Source: Craspedostauros australis
Lineage: Eukaryota
NCBI GenBank assembly: GCA_030167865.1
Contig: JALAGF010000625.1
Coordinates: forward strand, 1-35,057
DNA: 35,057 nt
Direction: 5' to 3'
A program made the translations under genes and the position numbers. Of this stretch, positions 11,374 to 22,683 are shown in pieces (positions within the stretch are counted from its first letter, which is position 1; every line of letters begins with the position of its first letter). Below the pieces are notes generated by a model. It was not told the DNA's origin. It was given only the letters and a program-made list of their open reading frames with translations, and ran no database searches.

Positions 11374-12474
11374 TTAAAGCAATTCGCCGTCCTTGTTGTT
11401 CGTGCTGCTCTCGTTCGGATCCGGAGGTTTCGGAATTGGAGCTGCGTCCGGAATGGAACGGAATCTGATCAAGCAGGTATCATTGAATGCATTCTCGAAG
11501 TATCCCGGCATGTCTTGAATGTCACTTTTGGTGACACGTGCAGCGTGCTGCTCCATGCATGGCTGTATCGCTTTCAGCACGGCCTGGCTGGATCGCAACG
11601 CATGATCTTCCGCCAACAGCCTGTCCGCATAATCCGTCAACGAATTGCCGATGATTATGACGCTACGTTGCAGATGATCCCAGTTGGTGTACAGCACGTT
11701 GCTGTACAACATCATTGGGCAGTGCGGCATGAAGAAGATGGTTTGGTCACCGTTGTCATGGTCGCCGTTACCACCAATTGAACGGTTCCCTCGTTCGTTG
11801 GTTTCGATGATATGGAAGGAGTTGCGGACAAGAATGGCGGCCTCCACGGGCGTCATGCATGGATCGAAGTAGTGCAACTTCACGGAACGGAATGGGTTGC
11901 TGCTGTCACCTTGTTGATGCTGCCGTCGTTTGTGGATGATGTCGCGCAAGGCACAAGCGCACGCCAGCTGCCACATGGGTCCCGATGCAGCTGACAAAGA
12001 TGACGAACCATGGGAGAAGTTGCCGATGCCGTAGCAGATCATTTCTCTGATCTGTGGACCCGACTGGGCCACGCTTTCATCGTTTGCGGGGTGTTGCTGC
12101 GATGCATCGTGTTTAGCATCGACATCGACAGGTGCGGTTGGTTGTGATGCGTGAAGTGGCAGCGCAGGAGTATCTCCGAACAGCTGGCTCTGCAGATCTT
12201 GGAAGAAGTCGCTGCGTCCGATCTCATGGGTGCACTCATCCAGCAGGTGCTGAATCTCCGTTTCCGACAACGCATCGGGTGTGGATGCTACCGCCGATTT
12301 GAACCCGGGTCTTTGCTCGGGACCATGGCGGCTCTTGCTGTTGCCGTTGGCTCTGCCGTTGGTGCTCCGGTTGTTCATGTAGCTGCTTTGGTATCTTCCT
12401 TTCTGCTGTCGCCGAGCGATGCGTTTACGATCGCTCTTCGTCACGACTTGCCATTCATCATCATCTCCCGCCAT
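11374..12474 (-). CDS. SRR1: SRR1-like protein (sensitivity to red light reduced 1 / SRRD family)
   Basis: Motifs EWQVV, MICYGIGNF, WQLA, YFDP, TIFFMPHCPMMLYSNVLYTNW, IIIGNS and AFNDTCL match the SRR1 domain. First ATG at 12474 (MAGDDDEWQVV); 366 aa. Confidence 0.88.
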   Translation of the reverse strand: MAGDDDEWQVVTKSDRKRIARRQQKGRYQSSYMNNRSTNGRANGNSKSRHGPEQRPGFKSAVASTPDALSETEIQHLLDECTHEIGRSDFFQDLQSQLFGDTPALPLHASQPTAPVDVDAKHDASQQHPANDESVAQSGPQIREMICYGIGNFSHGSSSLSAASGPMWQLACACALRDIIHKRRQHQQGDSSNPFRSVKLHYFDPCMTPVEAAILVRNSFHIIETNERGNRSIGGNGDHDNGDQTIFFMPHCPMMLYSNVLYTNWDHLQRSVIIIGNSLTDYADRLLAEDHALRSSQAVLKAIQPCMEQHAARVTKSDIQDMPGYFENAFNDTCLIRFRSIPDAAPIPKPPDPNESSTNNKDGELL

Positions 12475-12997
12475 GTTTGCTTGGCCATGCTTGCTTCGCA
12501 ATGTCTGCAGAGATGTGGGCTTTCATCAATACAACCGCAGTGATTTGATTTGATCTGTCGGTGTTGTGGGTCATCTCTTGTTTGATGGAAGCTGCGCAAA
12601 ATCGAAGATGTTTGTGGCCGAATGAATGGTGTCGCGCATTTTTGGCGCGGTTCCGATCGTCTGTCTGTCGTCCGCGTCTCATGACATGGTATGCGTTCAC
12701 CGCGCTGCAGGGTCTACATGTCCAAGGCTCTCTACGGTATGGAGAGAGGGAGGGAGAGCAGAGCAGAGAAGGGAGAATGTATACCACAATACTCTCATCA
12801 GATGGACAGCCGCGTACGACTAATAGATACAAATCTGCATCATTGGTGGTCTGTGGCTTTCCAATGTTCAGGAGCACGCAGTGTTCCATTTGAGCTCTTG
12901 GATGTCTGTTCGTGTTTCCGTTTGAGTATTTCATGGTGCCATATGAGTACGCTGCCAAATCCGGCACCTCACGTGCCTGCGCCATTCGATCAGCCTC

Positions 12998-14863
12998 CTA
13001 ACGCACCGACCGCCTCCCGCTCTTCTTCATCCACGCGCCGAATATCTCGAAGGAATGCGTGTAATCTACAACCCGCGAATGCCCGTCAAAGAATTCATCG
13101 GTCAGCTGCGCGCATCCCCAAGTGTGGATCTTGGACAGCTGATTCGAGCACTTGTCCACCAGATACCCCATGCCCTTGTTCGTGAGCTTGGGACAGTAGC
13201 TCACATTGAGATCTTCGAGGCTCGACCCGCAATGTTGCGCCAGCTGTTCCAACGTCGAGTCGGTGACCAGCGTGGCGCCTTGGATGTCAAGCTGCACCAA
13301 CCCAACGCCGGAACCACCGGAGAACGAGGAAGGCAATTTGCTTGTGCTGGCCTGCAGAGCAGTGCCCCGCGACGATCCGCCTTCGACAAGGCTCCTCACG
13401 ACATTGTCTGTGATCAACTCGTGGTCACATGCAGCTGCTTTCAGAACCTTGAGCTTCGGCGGAGGCGTCGTGATCCCTTCAATGTCTCGCGTGAACAGAA
13501 CTTCCAAACCGGGCGACGTCAGCATGCGCAGACCTTCGATGTTCAAGTTTCGAAGGTGTGGGTTGCATTGCCGAATGGCCGACAGCGAGTTGTCCGTGAG
13601 GCCGAGATTGTAGGAGATGTTCAACGTATCCAGGATGTCTCCGCAAGCTTCCAGGAATGAGAGGATGACCTCGTCAGACATGCCAGGCACGGATTGCAGC
13701 TTGAGGCTCTTGACGTTGCGGATAGGGGACGCTGCTTTCGGCTGCGTGGACAGCTTCTTCAGCGCTTCCGCTGTGATGGGCATGTCCTGGAATGCCATCT
13801 CCAAGAGCTCGCCGTTCGTGCAGTTGTCGATGATTGAATTCACCAGCTTGTCCCCCAACAACGGACACGTCGAGAAGTCGAGCGAGGATAGCGTCTCGCT
13901 CGACGCTTGGATGAGCTTCGCGGCATCTTCGTCGTGCAGGATGTAGGCGCCAGAGATTGAGAGGCAGACGAGCCTCGCCTGCGACTTGTTGATCAACGAA
14001 TTGACGGTCTCCGGTCCGAAGCACCGGCCCGCATGCGTCAAAAGGAGGTACCGCAGGTCCACGAACGTGGCGATCGCCTTGGCCATGACATCTTCGGGGA
14101 TGCCGGAGCAATCGATCAGCTCCAACGTCTCCATTGTTGGTTCGATGATCGCGTTGAACGCTGTGGCGTTGAGCTTGCTGTGGGACACCAGCTCCCTGGA
14201 TATGTCCACCCGCACTTCGTTGGGAACATCACCCAGCGATTCGACGTACTCGAAGTGCTCCACCACGAAATTCATGCACAGCTGCGCCAAGGTGGGGATG
14301 CGAGATTGCCGTTCCTTCACGGCGTCCATCCTCTTCTGGCGCTTCGTGTACATCGACGCAGGTGCGCTGGCGGTGGTCTCGATACGGCTCTTCCACAGCA
14401 GCGAGGGATGCGCCTTGCGCTCATCAGCCTCCTCTACCTCAATCATGTGCTGATCCAGCGGATGCAATTCCTTGCCCTCCTTCTCCTCCGCCTCCGCTTC
14501 CCTCTTGCGCTTGGACGCTTCCCGCTTCGCAATGATCTGCCTCGCGACGCTGAAGGGACCGCACCACTCCTCCTCCTCATCGGAATCACCATAGCGCCGG
14601 ATGGGATTGATGCCGAATGGCGTCGACGTGACGGCAGACTTCTTCTTGTCGGCATGCTTCAGCTTGACCACCTGCCGCTTTTCGGGGCGCGCCAAACGGG
14701 CGGCCTCTCTGTCGGCCACTGCACGCTGCCATTCTCGCACGTGTGCCGCGACCCTGCGACCTTGCCGTGGCGCCTCCTGCTCCTCATCATTATCATCATT
14801 GTTGTTGTCGTTGTTGTCGTCACGGATGTCGCCAGCGTTGGCTTTTGGCAATTGTTTGGACAT
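12998..14863 (-). CDS. RAD7: Rad7/Rhp7-like leucine-rich-repeat DNA repair protein (RNI-like LRRs)
   Basis: WCGPFSVARQII, then IPTLAQLCMNFVVEHFEYVESLGDV..ISRELV (Rad7-type motif), then cysteine-containing LRRs (LDTLNISYNLGLTD, LEDLNVSYCPKLTNKGMGYLVD, IHTWGCAQLTDEFFDGH). The likely start is MSKQLPK at 14863; the upstream in-frame part is microsatellite-like (IRICIRICI). Confidence 0.75.
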   Translation of the reverse strand: MSKQLPKANAGDIRDDNNDNNNDDNDEEQEAPRQGRRVAAHVREWQRAVADREAARLARPEKRQVVKLKHADKKKSAVTSTPFGINPIRRYGDSDEEEEWCGPFSVARQIIAKREASKRKREAEAEEKEGKELHPLDQHMIEVEEADERKAHPSLLWKSRIETTASAPASMYTKRQKRMDAVKERQSRIPTLAQLCMNFVVEHFEYVESLGDVPNEVRVDISRELVSHSKLNATAFNAIIEPTMETLELIDCSGIPEDVMAKAIATFVDLRYLLLTHAGRCFGPETVNSLINKSQARLVCLSISGAYILHDEDAAKLIQASSETLSSLDFSTCPLLGDKLVNSIIDNCTNGELLEMAFQDMPITAEALKKLSTQPKAASPIRNVKSLKLQSVPGMSDEVILSFLEACGDILDTLNISYNLGLTDNSLSAIRQCNPHLRNLNIEGLRMLTSPGLEVLFTRDIEGITTPPPKLKVLKAAACDHELITDNVVRSLVEGGSSRGTALQASTSKLPSSFSGGSGVGLVQLDIQGATLVTDSTLEQLAQHCGSSLEDLNVSYCPKLTNKGMGYLVDKCSNQLSKIHTWGCAQLTDEFFDGHSRVVDYTHSFEIFGAWMKKSGRRSVR

Positions 14864-16505
14864 GATCGATGGGATAGAATACTTCGCTACGGTGCAGTGC
14901 AGCTTCTTGGATGTGACGAGTGTCGAGTGTCGAATGTCGAATGTGGGGATGCAGATGCGGATGCAGATGCGGATGCTGTGATCCTTGCTTCGTCTGGTAG
15001 TTGCGATGGTCGCAGTTGATCTTGTGTTGTTGTGTTGGTGATGTGGATGGGGGCGTTGATGCGTGGAGGGGTCGGCAGCGAACTTCCCTCCGCCAAATTG
15101 TGTGTTTCGTTTGTCGTTGTTCGGATTTGACTTTGTTTTTGGCGTGTCCACGTTTGGCAAGTGGAATCGATTGAGTCTGTTGTTCGATCAGTCCCGTATT
15201 TTCTTTTTTCTTTCATTCTGTCATTTCCGTTGGTGTTTGAAGTTCCTTGAAAAAGGAACTGTTGAAGCGCGATTTTGTAATTGTGGTATATAAAATATTT
15301 ACCGTAACTTCTAAATTGTTTCTCAACAAAACAACAACAGCTATAACGTGTGAATGTGCGTTGTTCGTCGTTTCGAGTACATCAGGTGTCCTCATTCCAT
15401 GATCAACATTGGTGACAATCCTTGCACAAGCACCATGGTCTGTTTGGGGAGGGACAATGAACATCGGGCCATGTGATTGTGTGGCCGGCACGCAAGATCG
15501 ACATTCGACAAGGACTGTGCGAATGGGCGACTCCTCGAAGGCAATTCAACGATTCGGTGATTGGATGATGAGATCGGCGGACCGCGAAGGTCACGCGGTC
15601 ACTCTGGTCCATGCCAATGATATCGGCATGTATTATACGTTGGCGATCACAACCCAGACTAATTGTGCGTTTGGTACCAGTACGCACGCGTCAGCGTGTA
15701 GCTGCAAGTGAGACCAATTGACGACAATCGTACCCTGCCCTGCCTCATCGTCAAGGAACCGAGGCATCTTTGCCTCTATTCGCCTACGATTATGAATGTG
15801 GACTCGTGTGCACTTGGACGCGGACCTCACGATTACACAGCATGGACATGGTGGCGTGGCAATTGTCGATCCACCCAACCTGACACTTGGTGCCCTCCCT
15901 CGTTCTTTCATTCTTGATGCAACCTTGTGGACCTCATCATCGTATCACTCCGTCGCGGCACCAACAGCACGAGAATGGCGGAGTCGAGATTGCGCTATTG
16001 TACGAGTACGAACTACGAGCACGAGGTATGAGGACGGCGTGTACCAATAGATCACAGTCCTCGCATCTGCACAAGAACCAAGTAAAACAAGTGTGGCGCA
16101 AACAGCCTCGGTTTCTTCTCACGGCCGACAAAGTGCGAAGCATGGGTCCGTGGCATTGCCATCGCCTCACCATCCACATTTACAAGTACCATACTACGAG
16201 CAGTGCGACTGGCTCAAGACGCGAGTCGACGCATTGACTTGCGCCTATTATGGCACAGCATCTCTGGAAAATGAAGAGTGCTCCGTGATTCTTTGGTCCA
16301 CTCTCAATGGCACTGCCAACGCCGACACGCGTCAAGCATGTCAAACCCATCGGCTTTCACTCTCTTCGAGGCCATCTCCGGCACTTGTCGCGTCCCCGGC
16401 AAACGCAGATGACCAGTTGCCGCTCGATCATCGCGCCAACTGCATGCACCCACTTTGTCGCATGTGTGGCATCCAATCAAATTGTGTGATAACAGAGACC
16501 CACAA

Positions 16506-19500
16506 ATGAGCATGGATCCTGATCAACCATCCAATCAGGGAGGAATGGCCACAAATGAAGCAGACGCCCAATGCACCAACACAAAAGAAAGAATCAAGAT
16601 GATTGACTTCTCCAATCTGCAGTTCGTTGGCCGCAACACTGAACGCGGCCAACTCACCAAAGCCTACCAGGATATGCTGAAACAGAGCACGTCGAGAGAT
16701 TCATCGAAGGAACAAGATGTTACCACTGCTGCTGTTCCTGCGACTGTCCCAGCAGCCCTCATTTGGGGACAGAGCGGAACTGGCAAGTCATGTCTGGTGA
16801 AGCACTTCATCGACAATATGGTGTGTGACGATCCGGATGAAACGCAGCTGGAAGGCGCAGCAACCACAGCCACTGCCGCTTCATCATTCTCCTCCTCCTC
16901 TTCCTCCATCAGTGATAAGCGCACTCTTCCATCACGCAACCGTCAACTTCCACGCATTCCAACACGACGTTGCTATTGCGCCCGAGGCAAGCACGATGAA
17001 CACACGGGCGCGAGCGATCCATTCTCGGCGATCACGGAGGCGTTGCGACATTTTGCAAGTACGCTCCAATCCGAACCTCAGCAAGAGATCACGCGTATTC
17101 GAAAGTGCGTTCAAGCAACCCTGGGCGACGAAGCCACCGCCATCATCTCGATGGTGCCAGCACTCTCAATCCTCTTCCATCCCACCGAAATTGGAGCAAA
17201 GGTCATGCGAAATGAACAGAGTGATACGGATTCTGAATCCTCCTCCAGCCAACAGCAACAGCAGCATCCAATACAAAAGACCCGTGAGGTTCGAAGCAGC
17301 GCCGTGGCAGAGAATTCATGGAGACGTCTGCAGTACACCTTCGTCACATTCATCAAGGCAGTGGCCAGCGCGGAGAGGCCATTCGTATTATTCTTGGATG
17401 ATTTGCAATGGGCATCACAAGTCACCACGGAGCTGCTCTCCACGCTGTTGCTCGACGCTGGCTTGAGGTACTTCTTCTTCATCGGGGCGATCCGACAAGA
17501 GGAGGGCATTAGCGGCGGACAGGTGGCAGACAGTGCTCCCTTGTCCACTATGCTACACGACCTGCAGGACAAACAATATTGCGTCATGCTCAACATCCAG
17601 CTCTCCAACCTCAATCCATTTCAATTGGCGGAGCTTCTTTCCGAGATTCTCCATGAACACGCCGCGCCAACAGACTCATCCGGGCAGCTGATGCAACTTT
17701 CCCGCTGGCTTCATTCCAGGACCCACGGGAACATCCTCTTCACCATCCAAGCGCTAGAGCAGATGCACCGTGCCGGCAGGTTCGATTACGACACTACTCA
17801 TTCTCGTTGGAGCTGGAGCTGGGGACAGCCACGGCCTTGTCAGTCCGGCAGTCGTCTTGGTAGCGTAGCTTCTCAGCCTGCTACAACCGCAGTCGTGTCC
17901 AATAGCGGTGGCACTGACACCAACAACATCATCCAAATCAACAACATCAACAACAGCAACAACACATCTGGAAGCGATAGCAACGGCGAGGATGGCGACG
18001 ACAACGACAATGACAAGTCTACGTTCGAGTTGAGCGCTAGTGTCGTCGATGTGATCGCCAACAAGCTGCTGCTTCTCAAGCCTCAGATCCGGACGACCAT
18101 CGTCCTCGCGTCGTACATCCGGAGCAGCTTCGATCTGGACACTTTGCAGGTTGTGATGAACTGCGTATCGCAGCATCACGAGTACTGCAAGACCAACGAT
18201 TTCGCATTCTACAACAACAGCGCTGAAATCAAAACCAACACGCCAATCTCGAAGAACGAGTCTACAACTATGGGCAAGTCTCGAAGGTCATCCAACCGCA
18301 TCCCGAGCTTGGAGTCGCTTCTGGAAAAGGCCGTTCTAGAAGGACTGCTCAACAACACGATCGGAGACATCACGTATCGGTTTGCTCACGACCGCATCAA
18401 GGAAGCTGCACAAGGCCTGATCCCCATGACGATGGTCGATCACGACAGTCATCTTGGCCACCAACGCACCTCCACGCCAGGCGATGATGCCAGCCAAAGT
18501 CCTCTAAACAATCGAGAACAACTCAAACATCTCGTTGGCATGTCCTTGTGGCAGCATTGTCAAGCGAAGGAGATTAGCGGCAGTCTCGAAGATCACGGCT
18601 TGCTATTCGTGGCTGCAGATCATCTGAACAGCATCCCGTGCACAGATGATGCCTTCAGCACCACGATGAACCTCACAGCCGGAAAGAAGGCACTGGGCCT
18701 GGCAGCAGCAATGACTGCATCCGAGTACCTGGATCAGGCAGACATTGCTCTGCGTTCGCAGCAACGCAAGTCAGGAAGCACGCGCGCAGACATCTGGCGT
18801 GACAACTACGAGCTGACACTGGAGGTGTATCGTTTCCGCATCGACGCAAAGTTGGTGCTGGGCGACTACGACGAAGGATACAGCTTGGGCGACACGTTGT
18901 TGGCGAATGCTCGGTGCACCGATGACAAACTCCACACATTGTTATCAATGGCGTCGGCCATGGGTGCGCAGCATCGTGATGTCGAGAGCTTGGCCCTCAG
19001 CAAGCAAGGCTTGCAGCTGTTGGGGTTGTACCCCAGGAAGTGGCACACTTTCCATGCCATGCTCGGCATGATCAACCTCAAACGCTTCTTTCAAGCGAAT
19101 TCCGACAAGGACGTGCTCGACCTACCAGTCAACACGAACTCGAAGGTGCTGGCAGGCATGCGGTCCATCGCCCAGATCATCATCCGATCATTCTTGCTGA
19201 AGGATCAGGTGAGCATGGCTGTGGCAGTCGCCAAGATGGTCCAGCTATCCATGGAGCATGGTATCTGCGACGGCACTGCATTCGCCATTTCTGGGTTCGG
19301 CATGATCTCCGCGTTTCAAAGCGACCAGCGCACGGCCATGCGCTGCGTTGGCCTATCTCGCAAGCTTCTGGACCGCTTCAACAACAAGCGCCTGTACGGG
19401 TGGGTGAACTTCTACAACGTCTTCTTCGTTGAGATCTGGTGCCGACCCATCGAACTTTGCCTGGCACGATTGAAGAAGGCCTACACTTCGGCTCTCGAGG

Positions 19501-20681
19501 TTGGCGAATTCGAAGTTGCGATCCTTTGTTGGTTCGGCTCGTTGGCGACGTCATTCTTCGACAGCAGGTCCCTGGGACCCTTGGTCCAAACCGGGGAGGA
19601 CATTCTCAACCACAAGGTTCTGTTCAAGGTCGACACTCTGGGATCCTTCCCAGCACAGTTCGTCATGACCATCAAGCGGCTCGTCGGGCAGCTCCCGCTG
19701 GACTGGGACGAGGCTGAGCGCTTCACAAGCATGACGATCAACCAGACCAATCGCTACGCCGTGGTCGGCGGCGCGTGGTCGAGATTGCACATTGCCGTGT
19801 ACTTCTCGAAATATGAGCTGGCCGAGAAGCTGTGGAAGATGCTGCTGAAGGCCGGTGCCGACGATGCCTACACGATGATGACGACGTTCCTCTTCGCCGG
19901 CGGCGTCATGGCGGCCGGCAGGCACAGGCAAACGAGACAAAAGAAGTACCTGAAGATACTCAAGAACTGCAGGAACAAGCTGAAACGGATGTCGATTCAG
20001 AACGGTCGCAACTGCTTGCACCGCAGCCTCATCCTTCAAGCCGAGCAGCTGGCGTTGAAGCTCTCATCGCAGCAGCATCATGCTGTCACGACCATGTACG
20101 ACACAGCCATCGCTGTCTCACTGGAGGGCAATCGCATCCAGGAAGCCGCTCTGTGCTGTGAGCTGGCTGGCAACTACCTTCTCTCCGCCAACAAGCCCTC
20201 CAAAACATCGGCGATCGTACACTACTTCACCCGAGCCTTCCGGCTCTATCACGAATGGGGCGGCGCCGCCAAGGCGAGACATGTAGAGGCACGGCGCGGG
20301 CGCTACGTTGACAATTCTACCCTCGCGGAAAATACACGGCATTCGCGCAATTCGCACAATCCGCATGGGAGGCCATTGAACAACAGCGTACGGACGAGGA
20401 GCAGCGAGGGTGCCATCTCCACGCTGCCGCATGCCGGCAGCTCCTTGTCCTTTGGTTGCCCGTCCACGTTCCGAAGCGCGGGACAGGGATTGATGCCAAC
20501 CGCCACAGTGCGCCCAGTATGTGTCATTGGAGGTGCCAGCAACAACAGCAAGGCAGATAGCGGGTCCAAAACCACGGCCGAATCTCCCACCAGCTCCAGC
20601 GGCGCGAAGAATCTGATCAACACCAGCGAAGCTGGGGTTGATGGTGGCGACGATGTCTCCATTTTGACTCAGGATCATTGA
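16506..20681 (+). CDS. Large STAND/AAA_16-type ATPase (COG3899-like) with a C-terminal TPR-like helical region; no kinase module
   Basis: FVGRNTE..L, Walker A IWGQSGTGKS (16761-16790), ARGKHDE..PFSAI, Walker B VLFLDDLQWAS, THGNILF, YRFAHDRIKEAA, AADHLN and a terminal AFRLYHEWGGAAKARHVE. These are the core motifs of the ATPase region of bacterial/fungal hybrid Ser/Thr-His kinases. Intronless; start at 16506 or a nearby ATG. Confidence 0.82.
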   Translation: MSMDPDQPSNQGGMATNEADAQCTNTKERIKMIDFSNLQFVGRNTERGQLTKAYQDMLKQSTSRDSSKEQDVTTAAVPATVPAALIWGQSGTGKSCLVKHFIDNMVCDDPDETQLEGAATTATAASSFSSSSSSISDKRTLPSRNRQLPRIPTRRCYCARGKHDEHTGASDPFSAITEALRHFASTLQSEPQQEITRIRKCVQATLGDEATAIISMVPALSILFHPTEIGAKVMRNEQSDTDSESSSSQQQQQHPIQKTREVRSSAVAENSWRRLQYTFVTFIKAVASAERPFVLFLDDLQWASQVTTELLSTLLLDAGLRYFFFIGAIRQEEGISGGQVADSAPLSTMLHDLQDKQYCVMLNIQLSNLNPFQLAELLSEILHEHAAPTDSSGQLMQLSRWLHSRTHGNILFTIQALEQMHRAGRFDYDTTHSRWSWSWGQPRPCQSGSRLGSVASQPATTAVVSNSGGTDTNNIIQINNINNSNNTSGSDSNGEDGDDNDNDKSTFELSASVVDVIANKLLLLKPQIRTTIVLASYIRSSFDLDTLQVVMNCVSQHHEYCKTNDFAFYNNSAEIKTNTPISKNESTTMGKSRRSSNRIPSLESLLEKAVLEGLLNNTIGDITYRFAHDRIKEAAQGLIPMTMVDHDSHLGHQRTSTPGDDASQSPLNNREQLKHLVGMSLWQHCQAKEISGSLEDHGLLFVAADHLNSIPCTDDAFSTTMNLTAGKKALGLAAAMTASEYLDQADIALRSQQRKSGSTRADIWRDNYELTLEVYRFRIDAKLVLGDYDEGYSLGDTLLANARCTDDKLHTLLSMASAMGAQHRDVESLALSKQGLQLLGLYPRKWHTFHAMLGMINLKRFFQANSDKDVLDLPVNTNSKVLAGMRSIAQIIIRSFLLKDQVSMAVAVAKMVQLSMEHGICDGTAFAISGFGMISAFQSDQRTAMRCVGLSRKLLDRFNNKRLYGWVNFYNVFFVEIWCRPIELCLARLKKAYTSALEVGEFEVAILCWFGSLATSFFDSRSLGPLVQTGEDILNHKVLFKVDTLGSFPAQFVMTIKRLVGQLPLDWDEAERFTSMTINQTNRYAVVGGAWSRLHIAVYFSKYELAEKLWKMLLKAGADDAYTMMTTFLFAGGVMAAGRHRQTRQKKYLKILKNCRNKLKRMSIQNGRNCLHRSLILQAEQLALKLSSQQHHAVTTMYDTAIAVSLEGNRIQEAALCCELAGNYLLSANKPSKTSAIVHYFTRAFRLYHEWGGAAKARHVEARRGRYVDNSTLAENTRHSRNSHNPHGRPLNNSVRTRSSEGAISTLPHAGSSLSFGCPSTFRSAGQGLMPTATVRPVCVIGGASNNSKADSGSKTTAESPTSSSGAKNLINTSEAGVDGGDDVSILTQDH

Positions 20682-21122
20682 GCGTCTGTTAGATATTGTC
20701 AACCAGATGGAGGTTATTAGAGGAGTGTGTTACAACTCGTATTACTTATAATATTATATTACGCCTGAGTTCATCTGTACAACTTGAGACCAAAGAGCAC
20801 AATTCTCTCTTGTTATTGCCTGTCGACGTAACGGAGCTAGACACGAATGCAAATGAATGACTCAATCGACCAACCATTTGCTCAATCACGACCCCGATCA
20901 GTCACGACACGCATCAACACTCGTTTTGCTTTTGGCGCCACAAATGCAATCGTCCGAAACGGAAGATCTCCGCAACCAAAGTCGATGCCATCAAGAAGCA
21001 TCACACACAAGCACCCTGCCTACTTGGTCAAGGGACGTGTTCAAGAGTTCCAAGCCGGAAGCATTTCATCCTTGCTCACTATTATATTATCATCGCGCTG
21101 CAATTATCTCTTTGCAATCAAG

Positions 21123-22683
21123 ATGGGATCAGAAAACCCCGTTGTCTTCTTTGACATCACGATCGGCGGCTCCCCAAAGGGACGCATCGAAATGGAGCTC
21201 CGCGCGGACGTCGTTCCAAGAACGGCCGAGGTAAGAGCGCAAGTGAGGTCTGCATGTGTGTGCACATTTTCCGCCAGCATGTGGTGTGGTGTTACGATAC
21301 CACCATGGAGCATACAACTTTGCACAGCAACTCATCTGAAGGATGAACCTGATCGCATCACGGTGCAACGTTCACCAGCACTCATTGCAGGCGTATCGCC
21401 ACCTCCATTCGCACGCACCGTCTCACCCTCTGCATCTGCCTCTGCACTGTTCTCTTGTGTTTTCCTTTACCATGTATGCGACTATCAACAATCAAATCGT
21501 TCACTCTGTCGGAATAGAACTTCCGGTGCCTTTGCACAGGGGAGAAGGGAGTGGGTCGTTCTGGAAAGCCGCTGCATTTCAAGGGTTCCGCCTTCCACCG
21601 CGTCATTCGTGAGTGATTGTGCTAGTTATCATGGCAGAAAACACGCAGTGTTGGTTGGAGAACATAGGTGACCCGTACACTTTGATTTGATTGCAACGCA
21701 ACAAACAACTGACGATCCTTCTTTTCTTCCTTTTTCTTCCGAAACACATGATACGGCATTGTACTCATATGGCACGATGGTCACAGCTGGATTCATGGCG
21801 CAAGGTGGAGACTTCACGCGCGGAAATGGAACGGGTGGTGAAAGCATTTACGGAGAGAAGGTACGTCGACAATCATGTTATTGGCCAAAGAGGACCACGA
21901 TCAAACGATTCACGTTGGACTGCTCGAACTCACATCAATACTCCATACCATGATTGTTTCAATCCTATTACTTATGCATACTGCGATGTCCACATCGATT
22001 CATTTCCACAGTTCCAAGACGAAAATTTCAAGTTGAAGCACACAGGGTAAGTTGCGAGTGGAGCATGCATACCTCGCATCTGTGCGGGTTGCATAGACAA
22101 CGTGACGCAGCGGTGGCAGTGTAATATGTGCAATGGCAAACCGAAAAAATGATCCGCACTGATCACCTCTCCTTGCTTTCGCTGCTTTTTTCATTTTGTC
22201 ATTGTGCAACAATTTCATATCGATCGTGCAGATCGGGCATCCTGAGCATGGCCAATGCGGGAGCGAACACCAACGGAAGTCAATGTAAGTTCGTTCCATC
22301 ACTGTGAGATTGTGCCATTGTCCTGCCTGCTCCGCTCTTTTGCATCAATTCCAAAATGAGCAAGGAGCAATCCTCACACCAAGTGTTTCATGTGCAACTT
22401 CTGATGCTCAACTCACGTGCTCTCCTTACGCATCTCCCCGTGCGGTCATTATCTATGCTTACGGCGATCCGGACCCACATGTCATGGATAATACCATATC
22501 TTCAATCGGAACAACGCAGTCTTCCTTTGCACTGCAAAAACGGAATGGCTCGACAACAAGCACGTCGTCTTCGGCAGGGTCGTTTCCGGCATGGATGTCG
22601 TGTCTGCCATCGAACAAGTCGGCAGTGAGTCAGGTCGAACCCGCGTCGCCGTCGCCATCGCGGATTCCGGCCAACTTCGGTAG
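21123..22683 (+). CDS. Cyclophilin-type peptidyl-prolyl cis-trans isomerase (cyclophilin A-like, divergent-loop type), 6 exons
   Basis: Exons 21123-21230, 21518-21608, 21787-21860, 22012-22046, 22232-22284 and 22520-22683, all GT-AG. Spliced protein: [174 protein letters not shown]. Confidence 0.95.

Noticed and set aside
3573-14863. REV1 and Rad7-like genes as a DNA-repair gene cluster
   Set aside because: Only two genes, on opposite strands, in different pathways and separated by unrelated genes; chance proximity in a compact genome is sufficient.
14033-15019. Long antisense ORFs (for example 14033..15019, 25731..26651, 1760..2467, 27312..28013)
   Set aside because: They are shadows of GC-rich coding sequence on the opposite strand and contain no recognisable motifs.
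14864-15160. In-frame N-terminal extension of the Rad7-like ORF
   Set aside because: It translates simple repeats (gcagatgcggat, gtcgaat) into IRICIRICI-type sequence typical of a 5'UTR, and the ORF-track start is not an ATG.
20847-21671. 274-aa ORF as a long cyclophilin isoform
   Set aside because: It is 5'UTR plus exon 1 plus read-through of intron 1; cyclophilin similarity stops exactly at the GTAAGA donor.
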